From Massalongia carnosa (lineage: Eukaryota): a DNA stretch of 64,000 bases. The first letter of the stretch is position 1; every line of letters starts with the position of its first letter. The notes below the pieces were generated by a model. It made no database searches. It had not been told where the DNA came from and saw only the letters and a program-made list of their open reading frames with translations. Where the stretch lies: NCBI GenBank assembly GCA_965645245.1, contig OZ287078.1, positions 1,550,001 through 1,614,000 on the forward strand. Direction: 5' to 3'. This document shows, piece after piece, positions 1 through 14,428 of the stretch. Made by a program: the position numbers and the translations under genes.

Positions 1-527
1 AGACCTATGTTTTGAGGTGAGTGATATCACACCCCCTCCCCTTCTCTATTCATGAATGGTTGGTTCATTGGTTAGTCAGTTCTTTTTCATCTTCTTTCCT
101 CGCATCACACAGTTATGTCAGGTCGAGAGATGCGTAATAAACAAGCTAAAATGTCTATATCTATATTTTATCCGCAAAAGTGTATGAACGGCTTCCAGAG
201 CCCCATTTGCATGCTTGAATCGAATTCCACAGTTGGCAATACAAGAATTTCATTGAACAGGATGATAAGACATGATCAATAAAGAAAACAAGACTAAAAA
301 TAAAAACCTCCTCAGTTGTAAACTATCGGCAATGTAGGGCGTACATAAGCGAGCATTGTTGATCTTTACTGTAATCATCTTCTCCCTACAAAGGACAACT
401 GCTTATCGAAAAAGTGCGGAGTAGACTAGTAAAGACTCTTCACGTCGTATTCATATCTCGGGCCGATCGTCAGTATCTTCAAAAGCTTCCTTGAGCAACT
501 TTCAGTACCGTACCGTAACCCCGCTGC

Positions 528-1767
528 TTATCCCAAATACTCATCCAAGTACAAATTCCCGGTCCAGTTCTCACAATAATTGGTAGGACAAAATTCATCT
601 GCAGGTACATCGAACTGAGGCGTTTGGGCAACCCGCAAACTCGGTATGTGACGAGAGGAGCCATTTGGATCGGACCGTTCTATCTCGTTGGTTGCTGGTC
701 GGAGGTTGGCTGCACTGTTGTAAATGGTGAACTCTGATGGTCGAACCATCCATCCTGAAGATTGAACGTTTGGGATGGTAAAATCATAAGTGTGACTTGT
801 GATATTTGGTGTTTCAAATTCATGAAAATCCTCAGGCTGGTTGCTTTGACATGTTGTAACAGGCTGGCTCTGAAAGAAGGGGCCTTGGTAAATTGGCTCT
901 GGTCCAGGGGCAGAATGGGGGCCAACCATCGGGACACTTTCGGCTAGGGGTGGTGTGCTATTTTCTTGCGGAAGGATTGATATGTCCGTCGACGAGTCGG
1001 CTCCAGGCGAAGAGTGATGCTCTAATTGCTCACCAAGGCGCCGAGCGTGAGAGTGTCGATTTTGATTCCTCTTGTTCCGCCGAACAGCAATGCGGGGCGG
1101 TTTGTTCCTACCTCCATTTTCCCCTTGCGCAGGATTAATCAGACTAGGAATCAAGCCGCGAGTGTTGTTCAATTGTATATGCTCATCCTTCAGGAGGGAG
1201 CAACCCTCCTTCCTTTTAATATAATCAGAGTTCCGTTCGGGCTGCTTCCAGGCGAGCATAAAAAATTTTTTGCGGCCGCGCCAAGCCTCCGAAGTCAGCG
1301 CGCTTGTAGTAGGTGGTTGCATCATCCTCATTGTGATGTCGTCCCATCGGATTCGTCCATCAAGTCTTCGATAGTACTCCAGTACCAGCCAGCTCTCCTG
1401 GGAGCTAATCTATGACAAAATCAGCTGGGACAATCGATAAATCAAAGGAACGTTACCCGGTCTGGTAAGCACTGAAAGTCTAAGAGTGGTCTTGGCTCTT
1501 CACCGGGAGAAGGAGATAGCTCGACCATTACGCGGCCGTTTGAATCGCGCTTCGGAGGTGGTAGATCCAATCTCGCGTTTTTTCTCCATTCGTCGGTAGG
1601 CTGGAGCTGATACATAATCTATCAATTTTATCAGCATTATCTTTAGAGGAAGCAACACAAGGATGCCCTACATCTGGCATGTCTGAAATATCAAATTCTT
1701 GCCGTGGCACATCATTTTCCATGATTAATTGAGTCGATGAGCTTGAAATTATGAGATCGTGTGCCAT
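528..1767 (-). CDS. Hypothetical fungal protein, ~379 aa, 3 exons (1767-1672, 1618-1457, 1409-528)
   Basis: Two GT-AG introns (1671-1619, 53 nt; 1456-1410, 47 nt) with GCTGAT branch-like motifs join the ORF pieces into one open frame: MAHDL...DMPD|IMYQLQP...LLDFQCLPDR|ISSQESWLVLEYYRRLDGRIRWDDITMRM...; low-complexity C-terminus. No named domain recognised. Confidence 0.7.
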
Positions 1768-4700
1768 GGAAGATTTCCGCTTGAGGATGAGATGATAGGT
1801 AGGAGGTTATGCTCGCTCGGGCCGTCAACAGTAAGCTCGAAATCCCAGGGTGTGATAAAATACGATGAAGGAATCACTCTACCAATTTGGCTCACTGGAT
1901 CAACAGTGATGTTTTATACCATACACCACCCTTCCGCAATCCATATTGCAATAATTGTGATCAGGTCGTTCCATAATGTGCATTAAAGGGGTCCCTACAA
2001 ATTAAAAAAGTTCATCACTTGTACACGCATCAGTAGCGTCTTAACAACGGAAAATTATATGGAAACATTTTCGAATCACAAAGTGTTTGAATAGACGAAT
2101 CATATCAACGCAGGTTAGAACGACAGGGATATGCTGAGACAACTGTACTTCTTCCGTGAGGTAATGGTAAGGAGAAGCTATGCCTGGCTGAATTGAGCGA
2201 TTTTTTATTGAAAAGGATCTGATTTCGCTGCTGAATTATGAAGACCATAGCGTGTTACAAGTATCTGCGAATGTGATCGTACGACGCTATTTCAGGACGC
2301 GACAAATTTCTGAAAGGGCTCCTCCTTATACCTAAGCGCACGCAGCACGTGCATGCTAGAGATGTGACGACGCATGGGCAAAACTCAGCGGTAACCCGAG
2401 AAACACGATGAGGAACGAGGGGATGATGGGGAACAGATGAAGGCTTGTGGTGATGACCAAAGTCGATACAATATCCCTACCAATCACAGTGCATAATAAC
2501 CCCTCGCCAGAGTTGGAAGATGTTTTTCCTTTGTAGATACATCCATTCTCCTAGACTAAACCCTATCCTCTCACGACTACATGATCTTGCGAGTAATTCT
2601 CGTGCAATCATGCCATTTCACTTTCGGAAAGACGAAGGGCTTCCCTTAGTGCTTATCAATTCAATAGCTTTTCCCAGAGATTAAAATGCGTTGAGATTTC
2701 GAGCTTGTTGTGATATCATCCATATTTCTCGTTTTTACGCAATACCATTGTTTATTTGCCATATTTTTCCCTCCATCTATTTTTGGTTGTCATCGCAATG
2801 ACCATTCAAATCTGGATAAAAATCATGAACACATTTGATTCTACTGTTGTTACGCAAATGCGAAAAACGACGTTGAGATGACAGGTCCGGCCTTGCATGG
2901 ATGATAGAAACTACTTTCGGAGAATTTGTCAGCGGGGTTGCTAGCATAAGGAGGAAATAGCTGCATACATGACCACAAGTTCCTAGCGGCCTCTACGACT
3001 CATTTTTTGCTAATTAATTGTGTAAGCTGATTTAGAGGAGAAATTGACTTCCATCCGCACTTTCGTCGCCTGAATTGTCTACACCACGGGCCGGATTGCG
3101 AATAGTTAGAGGTTAGCTTCATAATTGCGCTACGGCGTGCCAGTTCACAGGATCTCTGTATGCGTCATCAGCTACCAAATCAGCCACTTGTGACACTGGG
3201 CTCCAGGTCAGACTTGTTCTCGCATTCCTGGCTGGGCTTGGACACGCCTGAAATGGCAGCGTATGTGATGCGCACCGGAGGAGAGGGGAGATGGAAATTA
3301 AGGAGCGATTTCGAACATATTTCTAATCAGCACACCGTAGCGGTTTTTGCAACCACACGTCCACAGAGCATCATTATTGGAACGTTCAGAAATTATGGTT
3401 TACTGTGCCAGTTCAAACGTCGAAATCAAGTGCCGGAGGATGACCCTCTTTCACCCGCTTCACCTTTTCCATTTCCTCCTCATCCACCTTATATCAAGGG
3501 GCCGGGAGCCTCAGCTTCATATGCTGAGATGAATACAGGATGAAACCTATAGAATCACACATAACACTAAAGGCTTTTGTCAGGATGTGTAAAATGCCGA
3601 AGGTTCAAAGGACTTGATTGGTGGGATAATACGAAATCTTTCCTGCGTTTCACCCCTCCACTCTCTCCACTGAAAAGTCGCTTCGATATGTACACGCCAT
3701 TGGCTTCATCATGGCTCTGTTCTACATGATTTGTTCCTCCTTCCCCTCCTACGGCTCTCCCTGACAGCATCACTTCCCATGGGATGCATTGTCAAGTGCT
3801 GACTAAAGGGGACCATGCAGCGTGAAAAGGGGATATGGCATGATATCCAGGGGTGGCTGCTCCAAAGTCCCTACTAGTAGAATTTTGATCTCTTGTAGTA
3901 AGAGTAAATTGGCGGTGAAGGATAAAGTGACGAGCTACTTTGTACACGATCTGGCCAGTAACGTATAGACTAAAAAGACGACGTGGGGTCGGTATTGTGA
4001 TATTTGGCAATACGACCGCTCTTTAGTCTTCGGATTGCTACATCATGGTCCAAACCGACTTTTTGGCTCATGGTCACCCTTTGCTCGTAAGAGACTGTGA
4101 GTAATAAAGTTTCCACGAGGACGCACTCCGGGGAGCCATCAGGTACGCGGTCATGAAAACCCAGACCCTTCTATGTATTGGAATGCAATTCTCGCAATTC
4201 AACACACTCGAGGTGGCGATGAATTAGGGCTTGAATTTTACCAAGTCGGCTGCTCAAGCTCAAAGGAAACTTACCAGGCTCAAAGGGAGGAAGAGCGCTG
4301 TTGAGAAACGAAGAACTCGGTACCTCATCCGGAGAAATGGATTGCCAAGCACGACTTGTACATCCTCCTTCTGGACCCACTGCGCAGGGAAGATACCCAG
4401 CGTGCAGAACCCTTTCATCACCGGTGGAACATGACTGATCGTCAATCTATGAAGAATTTGCCCAACGGTTTCCGACTTTCCAAGCCCAAAAATCCGAGGC
4501 GAAAACGCAAACTCGAAAATGGAGCTATCGGGAATGGGGGACGGCCTCAGCGCGGGAGCTGGTGCCCACATGATTTACAATGCCGGGAATCTCGCCCGTC
4601 GAAGTGAGTATAACGTTTTACACTCCAAACTCAGAGCGCAAGGAATTTTGCGTTGAGAGAGAAGGGACATTCACAGTAAGTGGACAGTGTTGGTGAAGGC

Positions 4701-7700
4701 TTCTAAAACCATCCAATCTTCCTTCATCCCTTAGTTCTCCAGAAACCACCATCATCTGCTAGAACCCAGAGGGATAAGCGGTTCACGAAGTCAATCATGA
4801 TATACCGCAACTTTTCTTCAGCTATTCTAAAGTAAGGATGAGGAGTGTGCTGATACAAAACGATGATCCGATCGGGCTTGGAGTGAGAGCTAAGTCAATC
4901 TACGGGAGCATCTCCATACTAAACAGCGGCTATCATCGACTTAAACCCTGATTTCAATCTCAACTTGGATCTCGGCTCTCAAAGTGGCGCCTCCGCAGAA
5001 TTTTCATGGGGGAACGGATATCACCCTTCTGAACCTTCCCGCGAATCACTTCCTTTGCCAGTTCACCCACAAGAACACACACCTGCGATACGCCTTTCCT
5101 CCCGGACTCTCCAACGCACCGGGAACCCAGTCATGCAGGGGCTCTTAAACTATTACGGACAACAAGGCTAGTATATGGCGTCAATATAACCACAAATATC
5201 CAGCTGGCAGTTCATAGCGCTGAATGCTCGTTGCCTTGAGAGCCCTGGTCTGTGTATGTGTGAACAACGCACCTGTTTCTATTCCTCTGATATTGCAGCT
5301 GCTTTGGGCCCAGAGAACTTGTGGACGAACAAAGGCTGAACAGGATGATTATAAGAGTGGCGGGCAGAAGCCGATATGGAACGCCGGCCGTGGGAACCTA
5401 GGGTCGATGAAAGGAAATGGTTTACAGCTGTCAAGCTACCTTTGGCCGTGGATTTGGCGGGGCGAGATTTGAGTGAGGGCCACACAAAACAAGATCAGAG
5501 AGACTTGGTGTCGCAAGCTACATCAAAGAAGTCACATGGAGCCCTATCGTTGGTTTCTCTTGATTTCTTGCTCTTGATTAGAACCAGGGTCCTTCCTCCA
5601 TCCCCCCGTCCACTGCACGCTTTCTCATGTTCGCAGCACCAGCACCAAAACCTGGCACACAACTCCCCACAAAACTTGGCTTCAAACAGCAAGCGAGACA
5701 ACGAACAATTCCGCTCGTCTGAGCTACTGATGGACATCGCGCCATACCGCGCATCGTACTTCAGCAAGCGATCCCTCTATTAACCCATCGTTGATTTTGT
5801 TCTCGATCAACCCGTTTGGCCTTGACGCCTTGGACAATGAGATTGTTATCGAAGACCTGGAAGCTGGCTGTCAACTGCGAGTTCTTTGAAAAGCTGATTG
5901 TGCTCAGCTACAAACACCCCGAAATCTGGGCGGATGACAGGGATCTCATACACTTTCACAACACTGCCATCTGTCGTCGCGCGCACTCATACGTGTTCGA
6001 CAAAGACTTAATCGTTGAAAGACAGCAAGCAAGAGTCAAGAACTAGGTGATGAAGAAGTCCAGCGGCGTCTAAGAAGACATAGGCTTTTGACCGAGGATG
6101 GAGAAGTATTCCACCATGAGAGAAGGCAACAAAGGATCTGTCACGGGCAGGTGTGAACCACAACGTGGGAAGGTGACATGTTCCATAGAGTTCGTTTGAT
6201 AAGGCCTACTGGTTGGCATTGATGCTTAAGCTCTGCAAGCAAAGCTACAGCATCTAGTGGCAAGTTAGTCAACTGGCTCACTCAGAAAGTTAAAGGATAA
6301 GGGGCCAACCTCTGCTTTGACTTTTGCTTATTACTATCTATGCTTAGTCTATGGGCAGGAGCAAGTGATAGCATTGTACGAAATTGGGCCACCGAAGGGG
6401 AGAAGTAAGGTGAATGGTGTGATCAACTTTACCAGAAACTGAGACGAAGTTTTCTGTTGCTCCCAGACTGAGTACTGGCCACCGAAAGGGCAGGAGAATC
6501 TAAGATACATAGGTTAGCAGTATTGATAAATCTCCCACCAAACCACGGATCGTGCACCTCTCTCTCTCTCTCTCTCGTATGCTGCCCTCGCGTTACTTCT
6601 TATCGCGCAGCGACTTGGCCCGTTGCTGAACTCCCGAAGGGTGTACCCCTCTGGCAGTCTGCAAGATTTCGGCCACGTCGTTACGGGATTTATCCAAAGT
6701 CCGCAGTTTCGGTGCGCTCTTCTAGGCCTAACTTCAGACCACAATGGGAGCGGTTTCGTCGTGGTAGTACTCGAAAGGCCATGTCCTCAGCATGATAATA
6801 AGTCAGCGCTTTCCCTCTACGATCAACCCGCTCGCCCAGCAGTGATCCGATGATTTGGGGAGCGATCCTAGTTCCTTCTGTGAGGTTGAGGATGAATGCG
6901 AAAGGAAACCTCCGACACGCACCAATATTTGCCCTCCAGACGGGTGAATTCGTTGCGAAGAGATGTCCAGAATGGGGGACTGTGAGAACAATGAAACGGA
7001 GAAAGACGCCTGTCTTGTTACCATAGCTGTTTGCAGATGTAGAAGCCATACACAACCAAAGGTTGAAGGCATCGACTTGTTGCTGTCCCTCCCCGTTTTC
7101 AACCAAAGATAACATAACATGAAGCAGATAGCCAATAAATAGCCCGAGTGAGCTTGGACAGACATGTCGACCTATGGCTACCTAAGGATATAACGCTGTG
7201 GCTGCTATTTATATTCAATAAACAGCAGTCAGGAATCGGAAACCTGACCTTCAAAGTATATCCACTCCCTGTTCCATTCGTATTTATCGTAACGAGACCG
7301 CTTTTCTATTGCGCGTTAAGTACACCCAAATCTTCATGCACTCAGGAATCTTATAGACCCGATGAACTGGACCGTGTGTTCACAATTTCGAGATTGTAGC
7401 GTACGTTCCCTCTTCTTGCGGTATTGTAGATAGACGGGCCGCTGATTGAAAGAGCGAGCAAGGTGTCCTCATAGACGATTGTTTGCTGAAAGACTTCTTT
7501 CGGCCCGGAGGGTATGGGCATTCCGCAACGAATGGACTTTGTAGGTCCTCGCGTTGACGACTCATCACTTGAAACGTCGACCAACCGAATAACCATCGAA
7601 GTGGGCTTTCGCATTGGCGACGACCAGTTATTGACCACCTCCACGAAGAGTTTGGTATGTAGATAGCTTGCACCACGTAGAGATTTCCAATCCAGCAGAC

Positions 7701-10700
7701 CCGGACAAGGCTGTCAACGCAGCTGTTCGAAAACGCCTTGCTTTCTAATAATAGCTAATAAAAGAGGCGTGGAGGCACATTCCCTATCTTTCCCAGTTTG
7801 TCACGCCTGTGGAGTTGAGAATGATTTATGCACTTGATAATCCAGTCGCCATGATCTTTCGCCCTAACCGGCATGTACTACATACTCTATCCAGAATACT
7901 GCCTAGGTATCTGTTCATTGCCCGGGAACTCCCAGTAGCCATGCCTACTTCCTGTTATCTTACATCCAGATCCACAGTATATAGTCTGGTTGTGGCTATC
8001 TTTAACTAGACTAATGCGTACTCTTGTTCCACAACCTCCCCCCTCGCGACACTCTTTCCTCTGCATAAGCGCTAAAACGAAAAAGACCAAGAAGAAAAAT
8101 CCAGATCTTTATGTAATTCTCTGAAACATTCATTATCGATAGTCCTGATGAACAAAAAACCGACTGCACAATCTCTTGGAAACGAAAAAAATCTGTCGTT
8201 ATCATAATCGTCATCACGGTTGATTTCGGTTTTGATGAGTATATAGCAATCAGCAATCAGCAACCAGCAACCCTAATTTAGCGGCCTGCGATATGCGCTA
8301 CATAACTTAGGGCAAAAAGGGGAGTGATGTAAAAAGGGATAAAACACGAGTACCTATCTACGGCAAGTTTTAATTATGGAACTAAATACTCCGCTTTTCC
8401 GTACATGACATGATACCCCCAAGAGGCTCAATAGCAGCCAAAAATCAACTCTCTAAACGTTCCGACGTCGCAAAGAACATTGCAAATGATTAGAGCGTAT
8501 ACCATATTGCGGATCTCCAAAAAGACAGCGACTAGAAGGATGTCATCGTTCATAGATTCAAGATTGAAAGATGCCGCGAAACGTGGAAAGAGTCAAGTTG
8601 ATTGTTCTCAATTGATGAGAGAAGGGCACCTTGCTTGCAGCGCTGATAAAAGAGCATCTCCGTTTACCACACCTTTTGCGGGGCACAGTACCTAATGTGA
8701 CAACTGAATATAGGCAAGGATTTAATTGTTTCATAATTTCATTTTACGGATGTCTATTACCCATTGGACGATCCAAACAACGACGAGAAATGGGTAACTA
8801 ATCCTCAACCTTGATCATAGTTTCCTCCTGGTCAGCCTTTCTCCAACGGCCTAAGCGCCACGTCTTCATTGAAATTGAATGCAAGCCTGTCTCAAAAGAA
8901 CCTTTGAGAGGTCTTTCTATAAGCAGCTTAGATTCAGTCCCACTCAGGGGATAGAATCCCAATACGGACGTTGAACATAAACAATAACCCCTGTCATCTC
9001 GTTTGCCCCAAGAAAGAGATCTGGGATATGCAAGGCTGACGCAATGGCCGAAGCACGAAAATGAAAAGCTCTGGAGTTCACTATCAACGCCTTATTTTAG
9101 GGGAAAAAGGCGAGAACCCGTTTCTGCTTATGCGTGTCTATTGGATGGGTTTGGGTTAGGCTAAGACATGGTAACTACCTGAAGAAAAGAAAAGTCTAGA
9201 AAAAATCCATGATGCTTTTGTCAACCCCTTCAGGAGCATTCTAGACTCAACCAGACCAAGAAGCCGATTTGAGAGCCACAACCTTCCAATAGATTGCTAA
9301 TTCGATTTCTTGGCCTTGATATTAAATATTCTCGCCTTTACATGGGACGCAAGCCTCGAAAACATTACTTCCTCTATAGCATTAACAAATTTCACAAGTT
9401 GAGGACAAAATTGATCTTTCTAGGGCTAGTAGTTTCAATCCGTTGTTCTTTAGAGCTACAGATTCTTAATACCACAAATATCAACGGTTTCAAGGAGAAA
9501 AATCGCTAAGTTATTTCGTAGTAAGCCAAAAATACGACGAACAAGCTAATCCTTAGGGAGAATTACAGCAAAGAACCAGAGGCTCTCTCTTGAGATATGA
9601 AGCAATATTGACGGATTATATGGTCCTCGTGAGCAAGGATCTTCTTCAGGTGGAATCTGGAGGCTGTTCGCAAGTTCCCTCTCGATCTACCTCCCTTTGT
9701 TGGCTTATAAATATATACTACGTATTCTAGTGGATGAATTGGTGGGTCATTAGCAAATATCTCCTTCTCTCCTTTTAATTTACAGAATCCAAGGTCCAAA
9801 ACTGATGATGCTGTGCGTATAGGGCCTCCTCCCTCCCAAAATCACAGGCTAATTAACTAAATTAAATCGAGCCAGGACTTTCCTACTCTAACCACGCCTT
9901 CTATTACTTCTGCTTCCTGATTGCACATAGATAGGCAGATAGTCTCCATCAAACCAAATACCTATCCTCTATTTTCAAGGGACGAATACTCTAGATTTAG
10001 AAACAGAAACCGCTTTTCTTATCTATACTCAAATCCGTACCTCATACATTGCATTATTCTTCTTCCTCCTTTTATATAATAAGCTAGCTAGCTCGTTCGT
10101 TTCTCTCATCACCTGCGCTCCGCTTTTAGAGCGTCGATTGAGTGAATTGTTGCTGCGTACAGATATTCGTTCATTCATTAGTACATGCCATGACATCAAC
10201 CAACCACCTGGTCAAGCACCATGCACCACCCCCATTCTCCTCCTCCGGCATCGACGATACCGTTTTGTTTCTACTTATCCACGGAGGGGCGGATAAATAC
10301 TAAGGCATCTGATAGCGATATAATACCTTGACTATTCAAAAACCGGATCGAAAGCGCTGAGATCCTAGATTATTATCATCATCATCAACATTGACTGATT
10401 ACATAATCTTTTTAGCCCCATGACCGTTTTCTGCCATGGCTCGAGACTATTGATTCGCTTCAAGGAACTTTCTCCAACATCTGCTTCCATGAATTGATAT
10501 TCGTTGTCATTAGCCTTTTCTTTCATTTTCGTCTCTTTCCCTAACTTTCTTCCTGCTTATTTTATGTATTCGACTTCCTAGAGAAAAGAAATCCGCTTCG
10601 TGTCTGCGGGGGCTCCCTTTTCAGGTCTGGGGAACTGGGCGAAAGACAGGGATGGGGATCTTCAAGAAACGAGAGTAGTCGAGAGAACTGCGAAGTCAAA

Positions 10701-11145
10701 TTTTGATATCTGAACTTGGGGTTATGTGAATCTTTTAGTCGAGTAAATGGAGATGTTCGGGGGATGGAGAGTAGAAAGCAAAACACGAACAAGGGATAGA
10801 GGATAGTTTGAAAAAATATGATGGAAATGGTAGTAGTGGTACTGGTTTAGATGATCGAGATAGGGAAGTGCATAAATTCAATGAAATAAAGTACCTCGTA
10901 CTTTATTCCATGAACACCGAAGTTTGAAAGAAGATCAGAATGGCCATATCGGTAAGAGATGGTTACGTTAAGCAGGGGCTGGGTACAATAAAAATGGGTT
11001 AACTGATTGGTCTGGAACAAAATTTGGCTATCTAATCTCACCCTTTTTTTTTTAAAAAAAAAAAAAAAAAGATATGTCACATACACAACAATTAATGTCA
11101 AGCTGTTCCCCACGTCTAATGCTGAATTCGGCCAGATCTTCAGGA

Positions 11146-11886
11146 TCAAGAAAGGTTGTTGCCTCCCTCGTTTCGGCGATTGGAGGTCCCCAGCATCTCC
11201 TTCATGTTACCCCGGGTAAATACCAGTATATCCTTGAGCAGCTCGATCTGCAGTGGATTGAGCGGCTGCCTACTACGGCGCAGGGTAAAGCGGAGCACGC
11301 TTTCCATAGCCCTGAACTTGTAGTATTTGCCTGCTTGACGGGTGTAGCGTTCGCCAGAGATCACTTGAAACTTTCTAACATAGTTGATGAGATGCACCCT
11401 GGCGGTAGCAGCTTCGTCGGAGAGCCGAAAGCCCACATTCTTGAGGATTTTTTCCCATAGGAAAAGGCGGTTGCCAATTTCCCCCCAAGATTCGAGAGCT
11501 TCCGGCGCGGCGAAGAACACGCGCCGACATGATGGACAGCTGTTCTTGCCTCCCTCGAACGTCACCTCACTAGCCTGGATCCCCTGCGCTGAGTACTCAT
11601 GTTTCAGTGGGGCTAGCCACCGTCTGATGCAAGACTCTCCGAACATGTGCCCGCAAGGGGTCTGAACTGGCGCGTGGTAGATTTTTATACCCTTTGAAGT
11701 GACCATGGGCTCCATGCAGATGTTACAACAGTCTGTCTCGGAATCTAGCTCTTCAAATCTGATTGGGGTTAGTTCATCTTCCAGTAGCCGTGCGGCATGC
11801 CATACCCTAATGTCTGTGTCGGCGTATGTTTCATCCTCGTCGAATGAGAAAACATTCGCCCAAGGCTGTGGTGGTCCAATCTTCAT
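11146..11886 (-). CDS. RING-finger (C3HC4-type) protein, putative E3 ubiquitin ligase
   Basis: CNICMEP...PVQTPCGHMFGESCIRRWL...CPSCRR RING motif with a long insert; likely ATG at 11886 (MKIGPP) inside ORF 11146..12009. Confidence 0.8.
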   Translation of the reverse strand: MKIGPPQPWANVFSFDEDETYADTDIRVWHAARLLEDELTPIRFEELDSETDCCNICMEPMVTSKGIKIYHAPVQTPCGHMFGESCIRRWLAPLKHEYSAQGIQASEVTFEGGKNSCPSCRRVFFAAPEALESWGEIGNRLFLWEKILKNVGFRLSDEAATARVHLINYVRKFQVISGERYTRQAGKYYKFRAMESVLRFTLRRSRQPLNPLQIELLKDILVFTRGNMKEMLGTSNRRNEGGNNLS

Positions 11887-12841
11887 GCTTGGAGAAAAAA
11901 TATGTGTATGAGTGTGTGAGTGTGTGGGTGAATGATCGAGATGTAACGGGATATTTTTTGAATACAGAAAAAGAAACCGATCAAAACATTTATACCTTGG
12001 CATTCTCAAGAAGCTGGCCAGTCATCGATGTGTAACAAAGACATTTTCGTCGTTGACTTCGCTTGTGAAAGATAGACAAAGAAAGTGCGTACTCTCACAA
12101 AGTTTCTTTATACTATCAACAAGAACCTTAATACCTCAGATAAACGTATGCTCACTACTTGGAGACACAAGCAATATCGAATGAAACACAAAGCAACATC
12201 ACTTGTCAGCTACGACCCTCAGCCTGAGAGTCTAATTAAAGATCAGAAGAATAGTAATCGAGGAAGCTTGAAACAATAAGGAGTAGTAATTTAAAGACCG
12301 GTATAGAGTTGTGATAAGAGGACATATCAACTTTCAAAGAAAGTAGAAACCTCCAACAAAGCCAAACCACACACTAGAAAACCGAAAGAAATCTCAATAG
12401 CGTTGTGGATAAAAATCAAAGGGTATACAATAGCAAAATGGAAGAGGATCAGTGACCATTGAAGTAAACATGGAAGACGAGACACATCGGCTTCTAAAAT
12501 GTTTAAAAAGGATCCCCGACAAATGAGTCCTTGTATTCATTGGTGGTGGCACCACTAACCAATTGAAGCTAGCCTTGACGTTAGATTAGTAAAACGTAGA
12601 TCTTAGAAGGCACTTGTGCAATCAGGATTAGCTCAACTCGCTTCGCATATAATTAGGGCTTAATTGCACTTCATCCGTACCATCACAACACAACCCTAGT
12701 TTCTCTTCTTTGCCCCTTTGTCAGTCATAGACTTATATTATAAATACATAAGAATATATATACACGCTTGTACGTTGGTGGCACCTCTCGAGCAGTCCTC
12801 ACGACGATGAGATCAGTCTAGGCAGGTATCCAGGCCAAGGT

Positions 12842-14428
12842 ATGATTACTGCTACTACGCTGGGTAGGTTGAATTTTTTACAGCCCAGATCTCGTCTTTT
12901 CGTGGCAGTATTGGCTTTTACAGCCATTTTATGGTTTGGCTGGCTGCGATCTCGGAACACGAAAGACACGCCATGGATCCTTCACAACCAAGCCGTAGCA
13001 TCGCCATTGAACATGTTATTCTCTTCAGCGTCATCAATAGCTCATCCATTGATCACCCCATCACCCCCTACTACCCCCCCGGAACTCGTCGACTCCGCAG
13101 CGGAATCGATCAATGGACTCGACGGCAGAATCAAATTCATCGAGTCCATCGCGAATACCGCGCAACATTTTATCAAGCACCCACTAGCAATCTCTCAATT
13201 TGGCGAGATGGGAAAACGAGTGCAGGTCGTCCGAGGATGGATGGAGACACATGCATCTTTATCAGGTCAGATACCCAAAGCTCAGCACGAGAACTTGTAC
13301 GAGCATATTGAAAAGACGATTTTGTCGCTGTTCCCATTTCTTCAGAACTCGTCACAGCCAAAAGGGTCGCATGCGTTGAGTCATCTACGGCAAAGCTTTC
13401 AACCGGAATCTAAAGGAATCGTTATCCCCACGGGCAAGAGAACGTTTCGATTCGCTTGCCATCTTATTAAAAACGTTCGACATGTCTTGAAATCGACGCT
13501 TCCGATTCAGGTCATGTACGCTGGTGCTACGGACTTACCTGCTCCGTATCGTAAGCTACTTGCCAGCGAGTTTGCGGATGTGGAACTGGTCGACATTACC
13601 ACAGCCTTTGATGACGATATCCTACAGCTTCGATCAGGCAGGTGGGCCATTAAAGCTTTCGCAGCTCTTGCTTCTCGGTTTGAACAAGTGATCTTGTTGG
13701 ACGCCGACGCGGTTTTCTTGCAGGACCCTGGCGTCGTATTCACCCATCATACCGGATACAACAATACGGGCGCTCTTCTCTTTCACGACCGTCTATTATG
13801 GCAAGGGGCTTTTGTTCAGCGTCATGAATGGTGGGAAAAGCAACTCGAGCATCACACTCCAAGCGCCACTCTTGCAAAATCTTTGGTTTACAACGAGAAA
13901 TATGCCGAAGAATGTGATTCTGGCATGGTTGTAATTGACAAGCGGCGTCTATCTATCTTGCTAGGTCTCCTCCACGTGTGCTGGCAAAACATGCGCGCCG
14001 TTCGCGAGGCTCACACTTACGTCATGGGCCACGGAGACAAAGAAAGTTGGTGGTTTGGCTTCGAGCTCAGCGACGCCAACTACACCTTTGAGAATCACTA
14101 TGGCAGCATCCTGGGTAGTGTGAAATCAGACGCGCCCGACGGGAAGACCAGGGTATGTGGGTTCACGATCGCTCATCTAGATGAGGACGATCGCTTGTTT
14201 TGGTACAACGGCAGCTTGCTGAAGAACAAGGCTGTTAATAAGGACGAGTTTGATGTACCCGCTCATTGGATGATGGACGGCGTGTGGGAAAAAGGTACCA
14301 CCAAAGCCAATCTGAGCTGCATGAGGGATGCAAGGGTTGTGGATCTTACTGTGGAAGAAAGAAACATAATACAAGAAAGCGTCGATGCTGCTACAGCTAT
14401 AGATGGGGAGATCAAGGGTCTTGATTAG
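12842..14428 (+). CDS. Alpha-1,3-mannosyltransferase, GT71 (Mnn1/Mnt-like), type II membrane protein
   Basis: 528-aa intronless ORF; N-terminal TM anchor; GIVIPTG, LPIQVMY, WAIKAFAALASRFEQVILLDAD (DxD), FHDR, DSGMVVIDK, GDKESWW and WYNGSL motifs typical of Mannosyl_trans3. Confidence 0.9.
   Translation: MITATTLGRLNFLQPRSRLFVAVLAFTAILWFGWLRSRNTKDTPWILHNQAVASPLNMLFSSASSIAHPLITPSPPTTPPELVDSAAESINGLDGRIKFIESIANTAQHFIKHPLAISQFGEMGKRVQVVRGWMETHASLSGQIPKAQHENLYEHIEKTILSLFPFLQNSSQPKGSHALSHLRQSFQPESKGIVIPTGKRTFRFACHLIKNVRHVLKSTLPIQVMYAGATDLPAPYRKLLASEFADVELVDITTAFDDDILQLRSGRWAIKAFAALASRFEQVILLDADAVFLQDPGVVFTHHTGYNNTGALLFHDRLLWQGAFVQRHEWWEKQLEHHTPSATLAKSLVYNEKYAEECDSGMVVIDKRRLSILLGLLHVCWQNMRAVREAHTYVMGHGDKESWWFGFELSDANYTFENHYGSILGSVKSDAPDGKTRVCGFTIAHLDEDDRLFWYNGSLLKNKAVNKDEFDVPAHWMMDGVWEKGTTKANLSCMRDARVVDLTVEERNIIQESVDAATAIDGEIKGLD

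Noticed and set aside
11044..11070. T10-A17 tract as a terminator or retrocopy tail
   Set aside because: Simple homopolymer in a 3' region; no TSD or element body.
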